Translations under genes and position numbers: made by a program
The notes under the pieces: generated by a model
Told to the model about the DNA's origin: nothing
The model's database searches: none
Seen by the model: the letters and a program-made list of their open reading frames with translations, nothing else
In this document: positions 26,068 through 37,985 of the stretch, piece by piece
Position numbering within the stretch: the stretch's first letter is position 1
Layout: each line of letters starts with the position of its first letter
From: Chiloscyllium plagiosum
Lineage: Eukaryota
DNA: 62,000 nucleotides
Assembly: GCF_004010195.1 (NCBI RefSeq)
Contig: NC_057758.1
Span: forward strand, 5,015,066-5,077,065
Direction of reading: 5' to 3'

Positions 26068-26743
26068 CTGTGAAAAAAGACAAACACACAACTTATACAT
26101 CAACCTGGAGTCAACGTTACCGGTTTGATTGATAACACAATGAGAGTTTGAAACATGTCACTGCATTCAGATATTTATTGAAATAATTGGAGCTTAAATA
26201 TAAAACAGGAAGGTCTGAATTACTCAGAAAAATGCGATATGAAACGCAAGAAGTCTTCCCTCCCCAACGAGACACAGACACATCAATAAGGACAGAATGG
26301 TTTCTGGAACACTCCTACATACTCAATCAGGACACTTTCCTCATTCCTGAAGAAGGGCTCATGGCCGAAAGGTCGATTTCCCTGCTCCTTGGATGCTGCC
26401 TGACCTGCTGCGCTTTCCCAGTGGCACATTTTCGGCTACATACTTAATCACTCGCGGGTAGACACCGGTCACTTCATCCCACTTCTAATATGGAAGGTGA
26501 AAACATTGTGGTCCTGAAGTATTCTATCCCAGTATATTGAAGGCAAATGGCGTTTGGAAATTTCTGACCTTTCGTCTCAATTGTGGTCAATTGTATGCCA
26601 TGAAGAAATGTAAATGATGGGAAAACGTATTCATTCCTTTAATTGCCAGAGGGAAGATCAAAACAGTGTTTCTTTCTCAATGGAAGGGGATCCGTTCCCT
26701 CAGGGTCTTATCTTTCTTTTTCAGTTTACTAATATCGGAGGTT

Positions 26744-26949
26744 GGAAATGTGTTGCTGGAAAAGCGCAGCAGGTCAGGCAGCATCCAGGGAACAGGAGAA
26801 TCGACGTTTCGGGCATAAGCCCTTCTTCAGGAAGGGCTTATGCCCGAAACGTCGATTCTCCTGTTCCCTGGATGCTGCCTGACCTGCTGCGCCTTTCCAG
26901 CAACACATTTCCAGATCTGATCTCCAGCATCTGCAGACCTCACTTTCTC
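26744..26949. mobile_element. Short palindromic Penelope-end element with a hammerhead-like core and 15-bp TSD
   Basis: 82-bp inverted arms (26744-26825 and 26831-26912, one mismatch). Flanked by CTAATATCGGAGGTT at 26729-26743 and 26950-26964. Confidence 0.85.
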
Positions 26950-26974
26950 CTAATATCGGAGGTTCACAAATCTG

Positions 26975-28225
26975 GGCTGCCGGGAGTAGAATGTTCTGGA
27001 GAATATCGGGTACAGAATGGTCCAGGGAATGTTGACTCCAGAATGTTCCGTAGCATACATGGTGTAGAACATTCCAGGGAATGTAGGCTAAAGGATGTTA
27101 TGGGCAATGCCAATTCCAGAATTTGTTTAGTGAATGCCAGGTCCCGATTGTTCTGGGGACTGCAAATACTGAACGCTCTGGCGAATGTCAGGTATAGAAT
27201 ATCCAAAGGAATGTCGGGTAGAGAATGTTGAAGGGAATGTCGGGTAGAACATTTTCCAGGGAATGTCACGGAGAGAACACTCCGGGTAATGCCTGATATC
27301 GAATGTTTTGGGGAACATTGGGTATAGAACCTTTCAGAGAAGGTCAGGTATAGAATGTTCTGAGAATGTCAGTTACAGAATCTTTCTGAGAATGTTGGGT
27401 ATGGAATGATCCAGGAAATGCTGGCTAGAGAATGTTCTGGGGAACGTCAGGTATAAAATGGTCTGGTGAATGTTGGGTATGGAATATCGCTGGAAATGTC
27501 ATTTATAGAACGTTCCAGGGAATGTCGGGTATAGAATATTCCGGGGAATGTCTGCTACAGAATGTTCCACAGACGTTGGGTACGGCATGTTCCGGAGTAT
27601 GTCGGTGCAGAGTGTTCTGTAGGATGTCGGTAACAGAGTATACAGAATATGCTGGGAATGTCAGTTATAATCAGTTATGGGAACTGTCGGATGCAGAACG
27701 TTCTGGAGAATGACAATTTCAGAATATTCGGGAGAACATCGGGTATAGAACGTTCCGCAGAATTCCATTTACAAATGTTGCGAGGAATGTCAGGTGTAGA
27801 ATATTCCAGGGACTGCAGTTTATAGAATGTTCCGAGGAGTATCGGGTATGCAATGTTCTTGACAATGTCAGCTGAAGAATGATCTAGAATGTCATTGTCT
27901 AATGTTCTGGAAAATGTCGGGGACAGAACATTTCAGGGAATGTCAGTTACAGAATGTTCTGGAGAAATTCGGGAATAGAATGATCCGTGAATGTTGGGTA
28001 TACAACGTTTGCGGAAGATCAGGTGTAGAATCTTCCAGTGAGGGTTGGTTGCAGAATATTCCAGAGAGTGTTGGGTATAGAACGTTCCATGGAACGTTTT
28101 TTTACAGAATGTTGCAGGCATTGTTGGGTGCACAAAGTTCTGGAGATTGTTCGGGGTATTTTTGTTTATACAATGTTCCGATCAATGTCGGTGCAGAGTG
28201 TTCCAGTGAGTGTCAGGTATAGAAT
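26975..28225 (+). repeat. Degenerate minisatellite, about 26-bp unit (consensus about TATAGAATGTTCCAGGGAATGTCGGG), roughly 48 copies
   Basis: Recurrent tagaatgttc...gaatgtc at 25-27 bp spacing. Confidence 0.88.
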
Positions 28226-28509
28226 GCGACAAATTTATAAATATCAACATCTCAGAATCTCTTGTGCCTGTTAAGTTTGGTGAGATCCGCTCAGCTGCAC
28301 GGCGGTAATCTGTCTCCAAGCTCAACCCAGCTGGTATTTTTAAACTAAATACAATAAGATTCAGTCAATACCTTCATTATTTCATTCAAAATCCTCCTCT
28401 ACGGTTAGACACAAGCCATCCCTTATTCGGATAATTACTCCATCTTTGTTGTCACTTTTGTGGAACACTCCCAAATTTCCTGGACATTCAGTTCCCAATA
28501 TTGGTCACA

Positions 28510-29190
28510 GTCTGGATTTAGGCATTCTCGCTGAGCTGGCAAGTTCATTTTCACACATTTTGTAACCAAACTAAGTAAAGCCATCAGTGAGTCTCCGAAT
28601 AAAGTACTGTTGGTCTAGGTCGTTCCGTATTTAGATGTTGGGTTTCCTTGGGTTGGTGATGTCATGTCCTGTGGTGGCATCTTTCCTATAGTGATGTCAT
28701 TTCCTGTTCTTTTCCTCGGGTGTGGTACATGCGATCCAAGTCAATGTGTTTGTTCATGGAGTTCCGGCTGGAATGCCATGCTTATAGGAATTCTCGTGCA
28801 TGTCTCTGTCTCTTGTCCGAAGGTGGATGTTTTGTCCTAGTCGAAGTGGTGTTCTTCCTCATCCATATGTAACGATACTAGTGACAGTGGGTCATGCCTT
28901 TTTGTGGCCAGTGAATGTTCACTTATGCTAGTGCCCAGTTGTCTGCCTGTTTGTCCAATGTAGTGTTTGTTACAGTTCTTACAATGTATTTTGCAAATGT
29001 TATTAGTTTTGCTTGTTGTCTGTAAAGGGTCTTTCAATTCATTAGGGGCTGTTTTAGTGTGTTGTTGGGTTTGTAGGCTATCATGATGCCAAGGGGTCTG
29101 AGTAGTCTGGCAGTCATTTGCGAAGTGTCCTTGATGTAGGGGAGAGTGGATAGGGTTTCTGGAGGTGTTTTTTCTTCTTGTTGGCTTTAC
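28510..29190 (-). mobile_element. Penelope-like 3' fragment (GIY-YIG endonuclease) of a second family
   Basis: ORF 28837..29037 reads NNICKIHCKNCNKHYIGQTGRQLGTSISEH, a Penelope-type GIY-YIG with CxxC. Confidence 0.8.
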
Positions 29191-30527
29191 CCCAAATTAT
29201 TCAAGCGAAACTTGAAGTTTTCAGTGATACCAATAGCTGGACTTTTTTGTTTTAACCGTCAAACATCGGAGGATGAAGCATGACCTTATAGATGTTTTCA
29301 AAATCATAAGCAATATTGATATTTTGAGTAGATGATGTCCCTTCCCTATGGCAGAGTGATCTGAAAGTAGACGGTATATTTTTAAGGACATAGGGGAAAG
29401 GTGTAAAAATTTAAATGACTTCTGAGGGGCAACTTTTTTCTTCTAATAAGTGAATGGTGCATGTATGTACCAAGCTGCTGGAGCAGTTCTGGATTCAATT
29501 GCAATTACAGTATCTAAAATAAATTGAACATGTGCATCAATAGGAAAGGTTTATAGTGTTATGCACAAAAAGCTGGTAAATGGACACACAGTTTAGGAAA
29601 CCTAGTGAGCATGGAAGAGTTGGTCGGAAGGGTCTGTTTGCATATTGTATAACTCTGTAACTCCAATTTCATGACCAATTATTCATTACCCTTAATTCAC
29701 TTAAAGTCAAACATAATCTTTAAATACTTTCACTGATCGAGCTCCTCTAACTTTGAATCGAGAATGCCTGACATTTTGTGCTGGTTGTAGACCACAGCCG
29801 CAGCAGAGAAAGAATTGTATTCAGCGACAATCTGTAACAGTGTCCTGCGATAATCGGTCAGGCTACCACCATTATCAAGCCAATGTGTGGTTCAGTGACG
29901 AGTGTGGGTGACCATGCAAGTATCAGGCGTACCTAAACCTGATGAGAACCCGTTGAAGATACTGCACATGGCTGCTTACATTCCAGACAGCAAAACTAGC
30001 ATCGAAAACAGGGGGAAATGATCCCAGAACCAACATGTGCAATCGAAGTTCCAAAGCCCGGACTCATCCGGCCATAAATGACAAGGGTCTACTGAAAATT
30101 TCACTGGAGGGGAAGTCTGCACAAATGACCTCTTAGACACTAGAACAGCACTGTACATCAGTGCAAAAGGCAACGATATCGTATCTGCACCATGTGGAAA
30201 ATCACTCAACTATGTCCCTTTCGTTGAGAGGAAAATAATTGCAATCAGGTCAATTACCACCCCCTCATGACAATCACGATGGTCAAATTGGTGGGAGTTT
30301 ATTTGACAGAACTGTCAACCAGCACAGAAATAACATGCTCAGTGCCACCTGAAAGGTTTCAAAATGGACATGGTGCTGAGGTGGAAATGTCACTGGCTTA
30401 CTAAATCAGGACAGGCTGTTGCTCTGATAGTTGGTGGAAGTTAAAAACAATTATTAAAATGTCGAGATCTCAAATCTGGCGTCAGTAACTTTGACCCAGA
30501 AGCCAAAGTCGATGGAAAACAGCAGTT

Positions 30528-33500
30528 TGCAGTATGTTTGAGGTAGGGGTGTCCATCGATACCTGGATTAGTGGTGCTGGAAGAGCACATCAGTTCAGGC
30601 AGCATCCAAGGACAGGCAAAATCGACGTTTCGGGCAAAAGCCCCGAAACGTCGATTTTGTCTGTCCTCGGATGCTGTCTGAACTGCTGTGCTCTTCCAGC
30701 ACCACTAATCCAGAATCTGGTTTTCAGCATCTGCAGTCATTGTTTTTACCCCGTTTCGACCACCGATACTCCAGTCAGATCCTGCTCCTCACAGAACGAG
30801 TTAGGGAACTGGAACTGGAGTTGGATGAACTGAGGATTATTCGAGAGGCTGAGAGGGTGATAGATAGAAGCTACAGGGACATAGCTACGCTATGCTAGTT
30901 TTGCTGTCTGGAATGTAAGCAGCCATGTGCAGTATCTTCAACTGGGTAACAGTTAGAGGTGGGAAGGGGAGGAAGCTGGCAGTGTAGGGATCCCCTGTGG
31001 TCGTTCCCCTAAACAATAAGTATACCGCGTTGAATACTGTTGTGGGGACGGCCTAGCAGGGGTAGGCTGCAGTGACCGGGTCTGTGGCGCGAGGTCCTGC
31101 TCTGAGACTCAGAAGGGAAAGAGGGAGAGGAGGAGAGCGCTAGTTATAGGAGACTCTCTAGTTAGAGGGACGGACAGGCGGTTCTGTGGACATGGGCGAG
31201 ACTCTCGGATGGTTCGTTGCCTCCCGGGTGCCAGGGTCCGAGATGTCTCGGACCGTGTGTTCAGAATCCTTAACGGGGAGGGTGTGCAGCCAGAGGTCGT
31301 GGTGCACGTTGGCACCAACGACATAGGTAGGAAGAGGGGTGGGGAGGTCATTCAAGAGCTCAGGGAGTTAGGCTGGAAGCTAAACGCTAGGACAGACAGA
31401 GTCATCATCTCTGGGTTGTTGCCGGTGCCATGTGACAGTGAGGCAAGGAATAGGGAAAGAGTGCAGTTGAACACGTGGCTGCAAGGATGATGTTGGAGCG
31501 AGGCCTTCAGGTATTTGGGCAATTGGACTGCATTCTGGGGAAGGTGGGACCTGTACAAGCAGGACGGGTTGCACCTGAACCAGAAGGGCACCAATATCCT
31601 GGGGGGTAGGTTTGCTAGCACTCTTCGGGGGGGTTTAACTAATTTGGCAGGGGGATGGGATCCGGACTTGTAGTCCAGCAAGTAGGCTAGCTGTTTGTCA
31701 GGATGTCCAAGAATGTAGGGAGGCTGTGAAGAAGGTAGCACTGACAGGGAATACTTGCGGACACAGCGATGGGTTCAAGTGCGTATGCTTCAACGCAATG
31801 AGTACCCGAATTAAGGTGGGTGAACGTAAGGCGTGGATTGGTACCTGGGACTACGATGGTGTGGCCATTACGGAAACGTGGATAGAAGAGGGACAGGAAT
31901 AGTTGTTGGAGGTTCCTGGTTACAGATGTTTCAGTAAGATTAGGGAAGTTGGTCAAAAAAGGAGGGGGGTGGCGTTGCTAATTAGAAATGGGAGAACGGC
32001 TGCAGAAAGGCAGTTCGAGGGGGATCTGCCTTTGGAGGTAGTACGGGCTGAAGTCAGAAATAGGAAAGGAGCAGTCACCTTGTTGGGTGTTTACTATAGG
32101 ACCCCCAATAGCAGCAGAGATGTGGAGAAACAGATTAGGAAACAGATTTTGGAAAGGTGCAGAAGTCACAGGGTAGTAGTCATGGGCGATTTCAACTTCC
32201 CAAATATTGAATGGAAGCTCTTTAGATCAAGTAGATTGGATGGGGCGGTGTTTGCGCAGTGTGTCCAGGAAGCTTTTCTAACTCAGTATGAAGATTGTCC
32301 GACCAGAGGGGAGGCCATATTGGATTTGGTACTTGGTAATGAACCGGGACAAGTGTTGGGCTTGTTAGTGTGTGAACATTTTGGTGATGGTGACCACAAT
32401 TCTGTGACTTTCACCTTGGTTATGGAGAGAGATAGGTGCGTGCAACAGGGTAGGTTTTACAACTGGGGGAAGGGTAATTACGATGCTGTAAGACAGGATC
32501 TGAGGAGCATAAGGTGGGAGCATAGTTGGGAAGGATGTCGTGGAAATGTGGAACTTTTTCAAGGAACAGATACGACGTGTCCTTGATATGTATGTACCTG
32601 TCAGGCGGGAAAGAAATGGTCCTGTGAGGGAACCTTGGTTGACGAGGGAGGTTGAATGTCTTGTAAAGAGGAAGAAGGAGGCTTGCATAAGGTTGAGGCA
32701 ACAGGATTTAGACAGAGCAGTGGAGGGATACAGGATAGCCAGAAGGGACCTGAAGAAATGGATTAGGAGGGCTAAGAGAGGTCATGAAAAATCTTTGGCG
32801 GATAGGTTCGAGGATAATCCAAAGGCATTTTATGCGTAAGTGAGAAACATGAGAATGACGAGAACGAGGGTTGGTCCGATCAAGGACAGTAGTGAGAGAC
32901 TGTGTATTGAGTCGGAAGAGATAGGAGAGGTCTTGAATGAGTACTTTTCTTCAGTATTTACGAACGAGAGGGACCGTATTGTTGAAGAGGAGAGTGTGAA
33001 ACGGACTGGTAAGCTAGAGGAAATACTTGTTAGGAAGGAAGATGTGTTGGACATTTTGAACAACTTGAGGATAGACAAGTCCCCCGGGTCTGACGGGATA
33101 TATCCTAAGTTTATGTGGGAAGCAAGAGAGGAAATTGCAGTACCTTGGCAATGATCTTTTCGTCTTCACTGTCAACGGGGGTGGTACCAGGGGACTGGAG
33201 AGTGGCAAATGTTGTGCCCCTGTTCAAAAAAGGGAAAGGATATCCCCGGGAATTACAGGCCAGTTAGTCTTACTTCGGTGGTAGGAAAAGTAATGGAAAG
33301 GGTACTGAGGGATAGGATTTATGAGTATCTGGAAAGACACTGCTTGATTAGGGACAGCCAACACGGATTTGTGAAGGGTAGGTCTTGCCTTACAAGTCTT
33401 ATTGAATTCTTTGAGGAGGTGACCAAGCATGTGGATGAGGGTAGAGCAGTGGATGTAGTATACATAGATTTTAGGAAGGCATTTGATAAGGTTCCCCATG

Positions 33501-34572
33501 GTAGGCTTATGCAGAAAGTCAGGAGGCATCGGATAGAGGGATATTTGGCCAATTGGATAGAAAACTGGCTAACCGGTCGAAGTCAGAGAGTGGTGGTAGA
33601 TGGTAAATATTCAGGCTGGAGCCCAGTTACAAGTGGAGTTCCGCAGGGATCAGTTCTGGGTCCTCTGCTGTTTGTAATTTTTATTAATGACTTGGATGAG
33701 GCAGTCGAAGGGTGGAAAAGAAAATTTGCAGATGATACGAAGATTGGTGGAGTTGTGGATAGTGAGGAGGGCAGTTGTCGGCTGCAAAGGGACTTAGATA
33801 TGATGCAGAGCTGGGATGAGGAGTGGCAGATGGAGTTCAAACCTCCCAAGTGTGAGGTTGTCCATTTTGGAAAGACACATAAGAATGCGGAATACAGGGT
33901 TAACGGTAGGGTTCTTCGTGAGGTGGAGGAACAGAGGGATCTTGGGGTCTATGTTCATAGATCTTTGAAAGTTGCCACTCAGGTGGATAGAGCTTGTAAG
34001 AAGGCCTATGGTGTATTAGCGTTCATTAGCAGAGGGATTGAATTCAAGAGTCGTGAAGTGATGTTGCAAATGTACAGGACTTTGGTTAGGCCACATTTGG
34101 AGTACTGTGTGCAGTTCTGGTCGCCTCACTTTAGGAAAGATGTGGAAGATTTGGAGAGGGTGCAGAAAAGATTTTCCAGGATTTTGCCTGGAATGGAGAA
34201 TAGGTTGTACGAGGATAGGTTGAAAGTGCTAGGCCTTTACTCGTAGAGGTTTATAAGATGATCAGAGGAATAGATAGAGTAGACAGTCAGAAACTCTTTC
34301 CCCGGGTACAAGAGAGTGTTACAAGTGGACATAAATTTAAAGTGAAGGGTGGAAGGTATAGGGGAGATGTCAGGGGTGGGTTCTTTACCCAGAGAGTGGT
34401 GGGGGCATGGAATGCGCAGCCTGTGGGAGTGGTAGAGTCAGAATCTTTGGTGACCTTTAAGCGGCAATTGGATAGGTACATGGATGGGTGCCGAAGCCAT
34501 GACAAATGTTCGGCACAACATCTTGACCGAAGGGCCTGTTCTGTGCTGTATTGTTCTATGTTCTATGTTCTA
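30528..34572 (+). mobile_element. Near-full-length CR1 LINE (ORF1 SGNH esterase; ORF2 APE endonuclease plus RT), inactivated
   Basis: ORF1 motifs GDSLVRG, VHVGTNDI and QDGLHLN. Endonuclease motifs ITETW, LGVYYR, MGDFNFPNI and DGDHN. RT motifs NYRPVSLTS, YIDFRKAFDKVPH, GVPQGSVLGP and FADD. 3' tail is (TTCTATG)n. Several stops and frameshifts (e.g. near 32525, 32837, near 33150). Confidence 0.95.
30562..30750. mobile_element. Palindromic Penelope-end element inserted in CR1 ORF1
   Basis: Inverted arms ctggattagtggtgctggaagagcac...gtgctcttccagcaccactaatccag around cgacgtttcgggcaaaagccccgaaacgtcg. Confidence 0.8.
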
Positions 34573-35039
34573 ATAGCTGTACTCCAGTTCTCTGGCACCT
34601 CTCCTTTGGACAGATTCTACTTATGTCTTTGACTCAGAAGGTTTACAACGTTTCTCTCACAACAGCCTATGATTCAACTCATCCAGACATGCCAATGAGT
34701 CCAGTTTCATACCAGCCAGTGTCTCCATCCCTACTTTCATATTAATGTGGTCAAGAGATTGATTTCTGCACCTGGCTCCTCCACTTCTCTGAATCGAAGG
34801 CTCACCACAATATCTCGCTTTTTTTCAGAGACAATTCCTCTCTTCTAATGCAATTTAAATATTTTTTTTAACTGTCGTTGTGTCTTCTTTCTTTTGTGCT
34901 GTTTGGTCTGTGGTGAGTATTTGTACAACTTACATGCCGTAGTTTTTATTTAAACAACAGACATTGCCTCTCTTCCTTTCATCTTTGTCGTGTACTTTTG
35001 CAGTTCGCTGAAGTGATCTAACGCCTTATAGGTTTATAA

Positions 35040-37985
35040 TAAACAAAAAGTTGGCTGACAGAACACTGCAAGCCAGGCAGCATCCAGAGTTGGAGACGTC
35101 CACGTTTTGGGCTAACTCTTCTTCAGATCTGTGGTTGGATGTAAAGTGAACTGCAGATAAAAGTGGTGGCGGGGGCAGTGTCGTGAAGTGGACGTATATG
35201 AAGACAGGTAGAGGGTACCACCTGGTTGGTCATTGGGGAAGGGAGATGAAGGCTGCAGGTGTCTGGGAGGATTGAAGGGAGGGGAAGGGGCAGGGAAGGA
35301 ATTCGAGTGATGGGATGGGAGGTTATTTGAAATTGAAATACTCAATTTGGAAAACTCTGGGCTGCAGGTTGCCCAAGCGAAACATAAAGTGTTGTTCTTC
35401 CAATTTTCCTTTAGGTTCATTATGGCTGTAGAAGAGGCGAAGGATCGTTGAGTCTGTATGGGAGTGAGAAGGCGATTTAAAAGTGTAGTGGCTGGGAACA
35501 CCGTTCGTCGCCTGCAGGCCCAGCCGTGATGCTTGGCGAACTGTTCCCTAATTTTACGTTTGATCTCCCCGATGCAAAGAAGACCACATCACGAGCACCT
35601 GATGCAGTTAACTATGCAGAGAGGCATGTCAACATTTGTTTCAAATGGATGGACTTCTTGGGGTTCCGAAAGGATGTGAGGGGTTGCTGTACGGACATAT
35701 TTTGTGCCTTTTCCTGTTGCAGTGGAAAGTCTCTGGGGATTCGGGAGGATTGGTGGGTTGAAGTGAGCAAACCAATGACTGGCAAAGGGGGTGATCCTCG
35801 TGGAAGCCAGAGAGGGAAGGGGAGGGGAATATGTCCTTGCAGGAGTGGTCTGATGGAAGTTGGCGAAAGTGTTTAAGTATGATGTCTTGGATACAGAGAT
35901 TGATGCGTTAGTAGGTGAGGGTACGGGGGTGGTGGTGGGGGGGCTGTATGTTTATTGCTCAGAAAGTGGTATTTCCAGGCAGTTGAAAGGGGAATGGAGT
36001 TGATGCGGGGAGTTCTATTGAATTACGGAGGGAAAAAAGCACGTTGTTCGAAATAGGCGGCAATCTGGAGTGCTCACGAGTAGAACGTCTCCTCGTGTGA
36101 GCAGATGCAGCGTAGGTGGAGGACATGGGAGAATGGGATGGAGCTCTTGAAGGATACTGGGTGGCAGAAGTTGTAATCCAGGTATTTAATGGGGGTCTGT
36201 AGGTTTATCGTAAGCGTCCCTTTGGAGACAGTCACCCAAAGTGGAAATGGAGTGGTCAAGAAAGTGGAGGGAGGTGTCCGAAATGGAACAAATGAATTTG
36301 ACGACAAGGTGGAAATGGTGGATGAAGATGATGAACTGCTCCAGTCCAATCTGGGTGGAGGTTGCTGTGCCGATGCAGTCATCAATGTAACCGCAGTAGG
36401 GTTTTGGCACAATGCCTCTGTGGGTACTAAAGAGGGCTGTTTGAAGTACCCAAAGTAGAGGCATGCATGACTAGGTTCCATCCGAGTGCACATGGACACC
36501 CGCTTGGATTTGGAGAAAATGGGAGGAATTAAAGGAAACATTACTGAGGGTGGGGAATAATCGGGTGGGCGGAAGAGGGTGTGGAAGAGGAAGACTGGAT
36601 GTTTATATTTGGAGAGGAAGAAGATGAGGACCTGGAGGCCATCCTTGGTCGTTTTGACGTGTCTAAGGACACGACGTCCATCGTGAATATCCCGTGCTGG
36701 GGGACGGGGTACTGGAATTCTGAAGAGATAGAGATAGTGGTTGGTGTCAGGGATTCAGGTGAGAAGTGACTGAACCAAAGGGGTGAGGACAGAGTCGAAA
36801 CAGAATGAGATGATTTCGAAGGGGCTGGAGAACGCCCAGACGATATGTCGGACAGGGTGGTTTGGGCATTTGGATCTTAGGATGCAGGTATACTCCGGCA
36901 GTGGCGGGGGGGGGGGGGTTGAGGGACGATGAGATTGGAGGTGGTGGAGGAGAGATCACTGCATGCAATAAGGGCACAAACAATGCGCGTAGATTTGGCC
37001 TGATGGGATACGGTGGGGTCGTGATCAAACGGGAGGTAGGATGTGTAGTTGGATAGTTAGCATTCAGACTCTGCGAAATACAAAATCGTTCTCCAGACTA
37101 TCACCTTCGTCAACGCTTGGGTTAACCATCACAAAGTGAGTAGAGTGCTGCATGTTTGGACGCGATGAATGTTGAGTGCGTTCATGTGGTGGAGATAGTG
37201 AGGTTGATGTTACATCGGCAGTCTGCAAGATAGAGGTCTGGGACAGGTACAAGTCCTTCAGATGGTGATCAGGTGGAGAAGCAAGGTTGGAGGCGGGAGA
37301 CGGGGTCCTCCGAGGGAGGTTGGGAGGGTTTGGCAAAGAAGAAGACATGGAAAGAGAGGGCGAGAAAGAAGAGCTCCACGACGTGACGGGTCCTGCATTC
37401 GTTGAGGTGGAGGTAGAGGGGTAGGAATCTGAGCTTTATCTTGAGGACAGCCCGTTGGGCCACCGAGAATTCGAGGTTGTGGCGGCAGCGAATTAGTTTG
37501 AGGGGCTCGTGGTGGGTTTTAGAGGGAGTCCAGAGTTTGCTGGTGGGGAGAGCTGGTGTGCTGGTTAGCTGTAGGTCGGCAGTAGGACTCAGTGATGACC
37601 CTGAGAAATGTAGACTGAAACTTAATTGCAGAGTGGGCGGAGCCAGTGTTAGAGGTGGAAGCTGGAGGAACTTCAAATTTGGTTGGAGTGTTGCTGTCAG
37701 CAGAAGCCGGGCAGTGTTGTTGGAGAGGTCCGGAGCAGAGACTTAGGTTCTGGGTGAGTACTTGGGGTTCCATGTCAGTGCTTTGACGGCCTGGGTAACA
37801 AGCCGGAAGGTGCGTCTGACCCGGAAGTAGCTTTGGACTGGAGAGACCCAGTGCTGGATGGAGGTTCCACGTGGATAATATTCGTGGCACCAATGTAAGG
37901 CGGGCCTGCAGGCGGCCGGAACCAGGGCACAAATTTCAAACAGCGAGCAAGTTCTGTGCATAGAGGTGAGGGGAGCACAGTTTCC
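35040..37985 (-). mobile_element. Long degraded Penelope-like element
   Basis: RT remnants (TRMEPSHACLYFGY, YIDDCIG, HFLD, KPTD) at about 36100-36700. GIY-YIG-region remnants (CIRCSRCGLLCIGE; KLEEQHFMFRLGNLQP) at about 35340-35650. Terminal CTGAAGAAGAGTTAGCCCAAAACGT at 35101-35126. Confidence 0.8.

Noticed and set aside
26614..27231. 205-aa plus-strand ORF
   Set aside because: It is composed of the palindromic insertion and the 26-bp minisatellite.
29952..30942. DNA transposon bounded by 51-bp terminal inverted repeats
   Set aside because: The CR1 ORF1 continues collinearly across the right-hand copy, and there is no TSD or transposase.
33209..34246. Active or domesticated reverse transcriptase gene
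   Set aside because: It is the longest surviving piece of a CR1 ORF2 with stops and frameshifts upstream and a deletion downstream.
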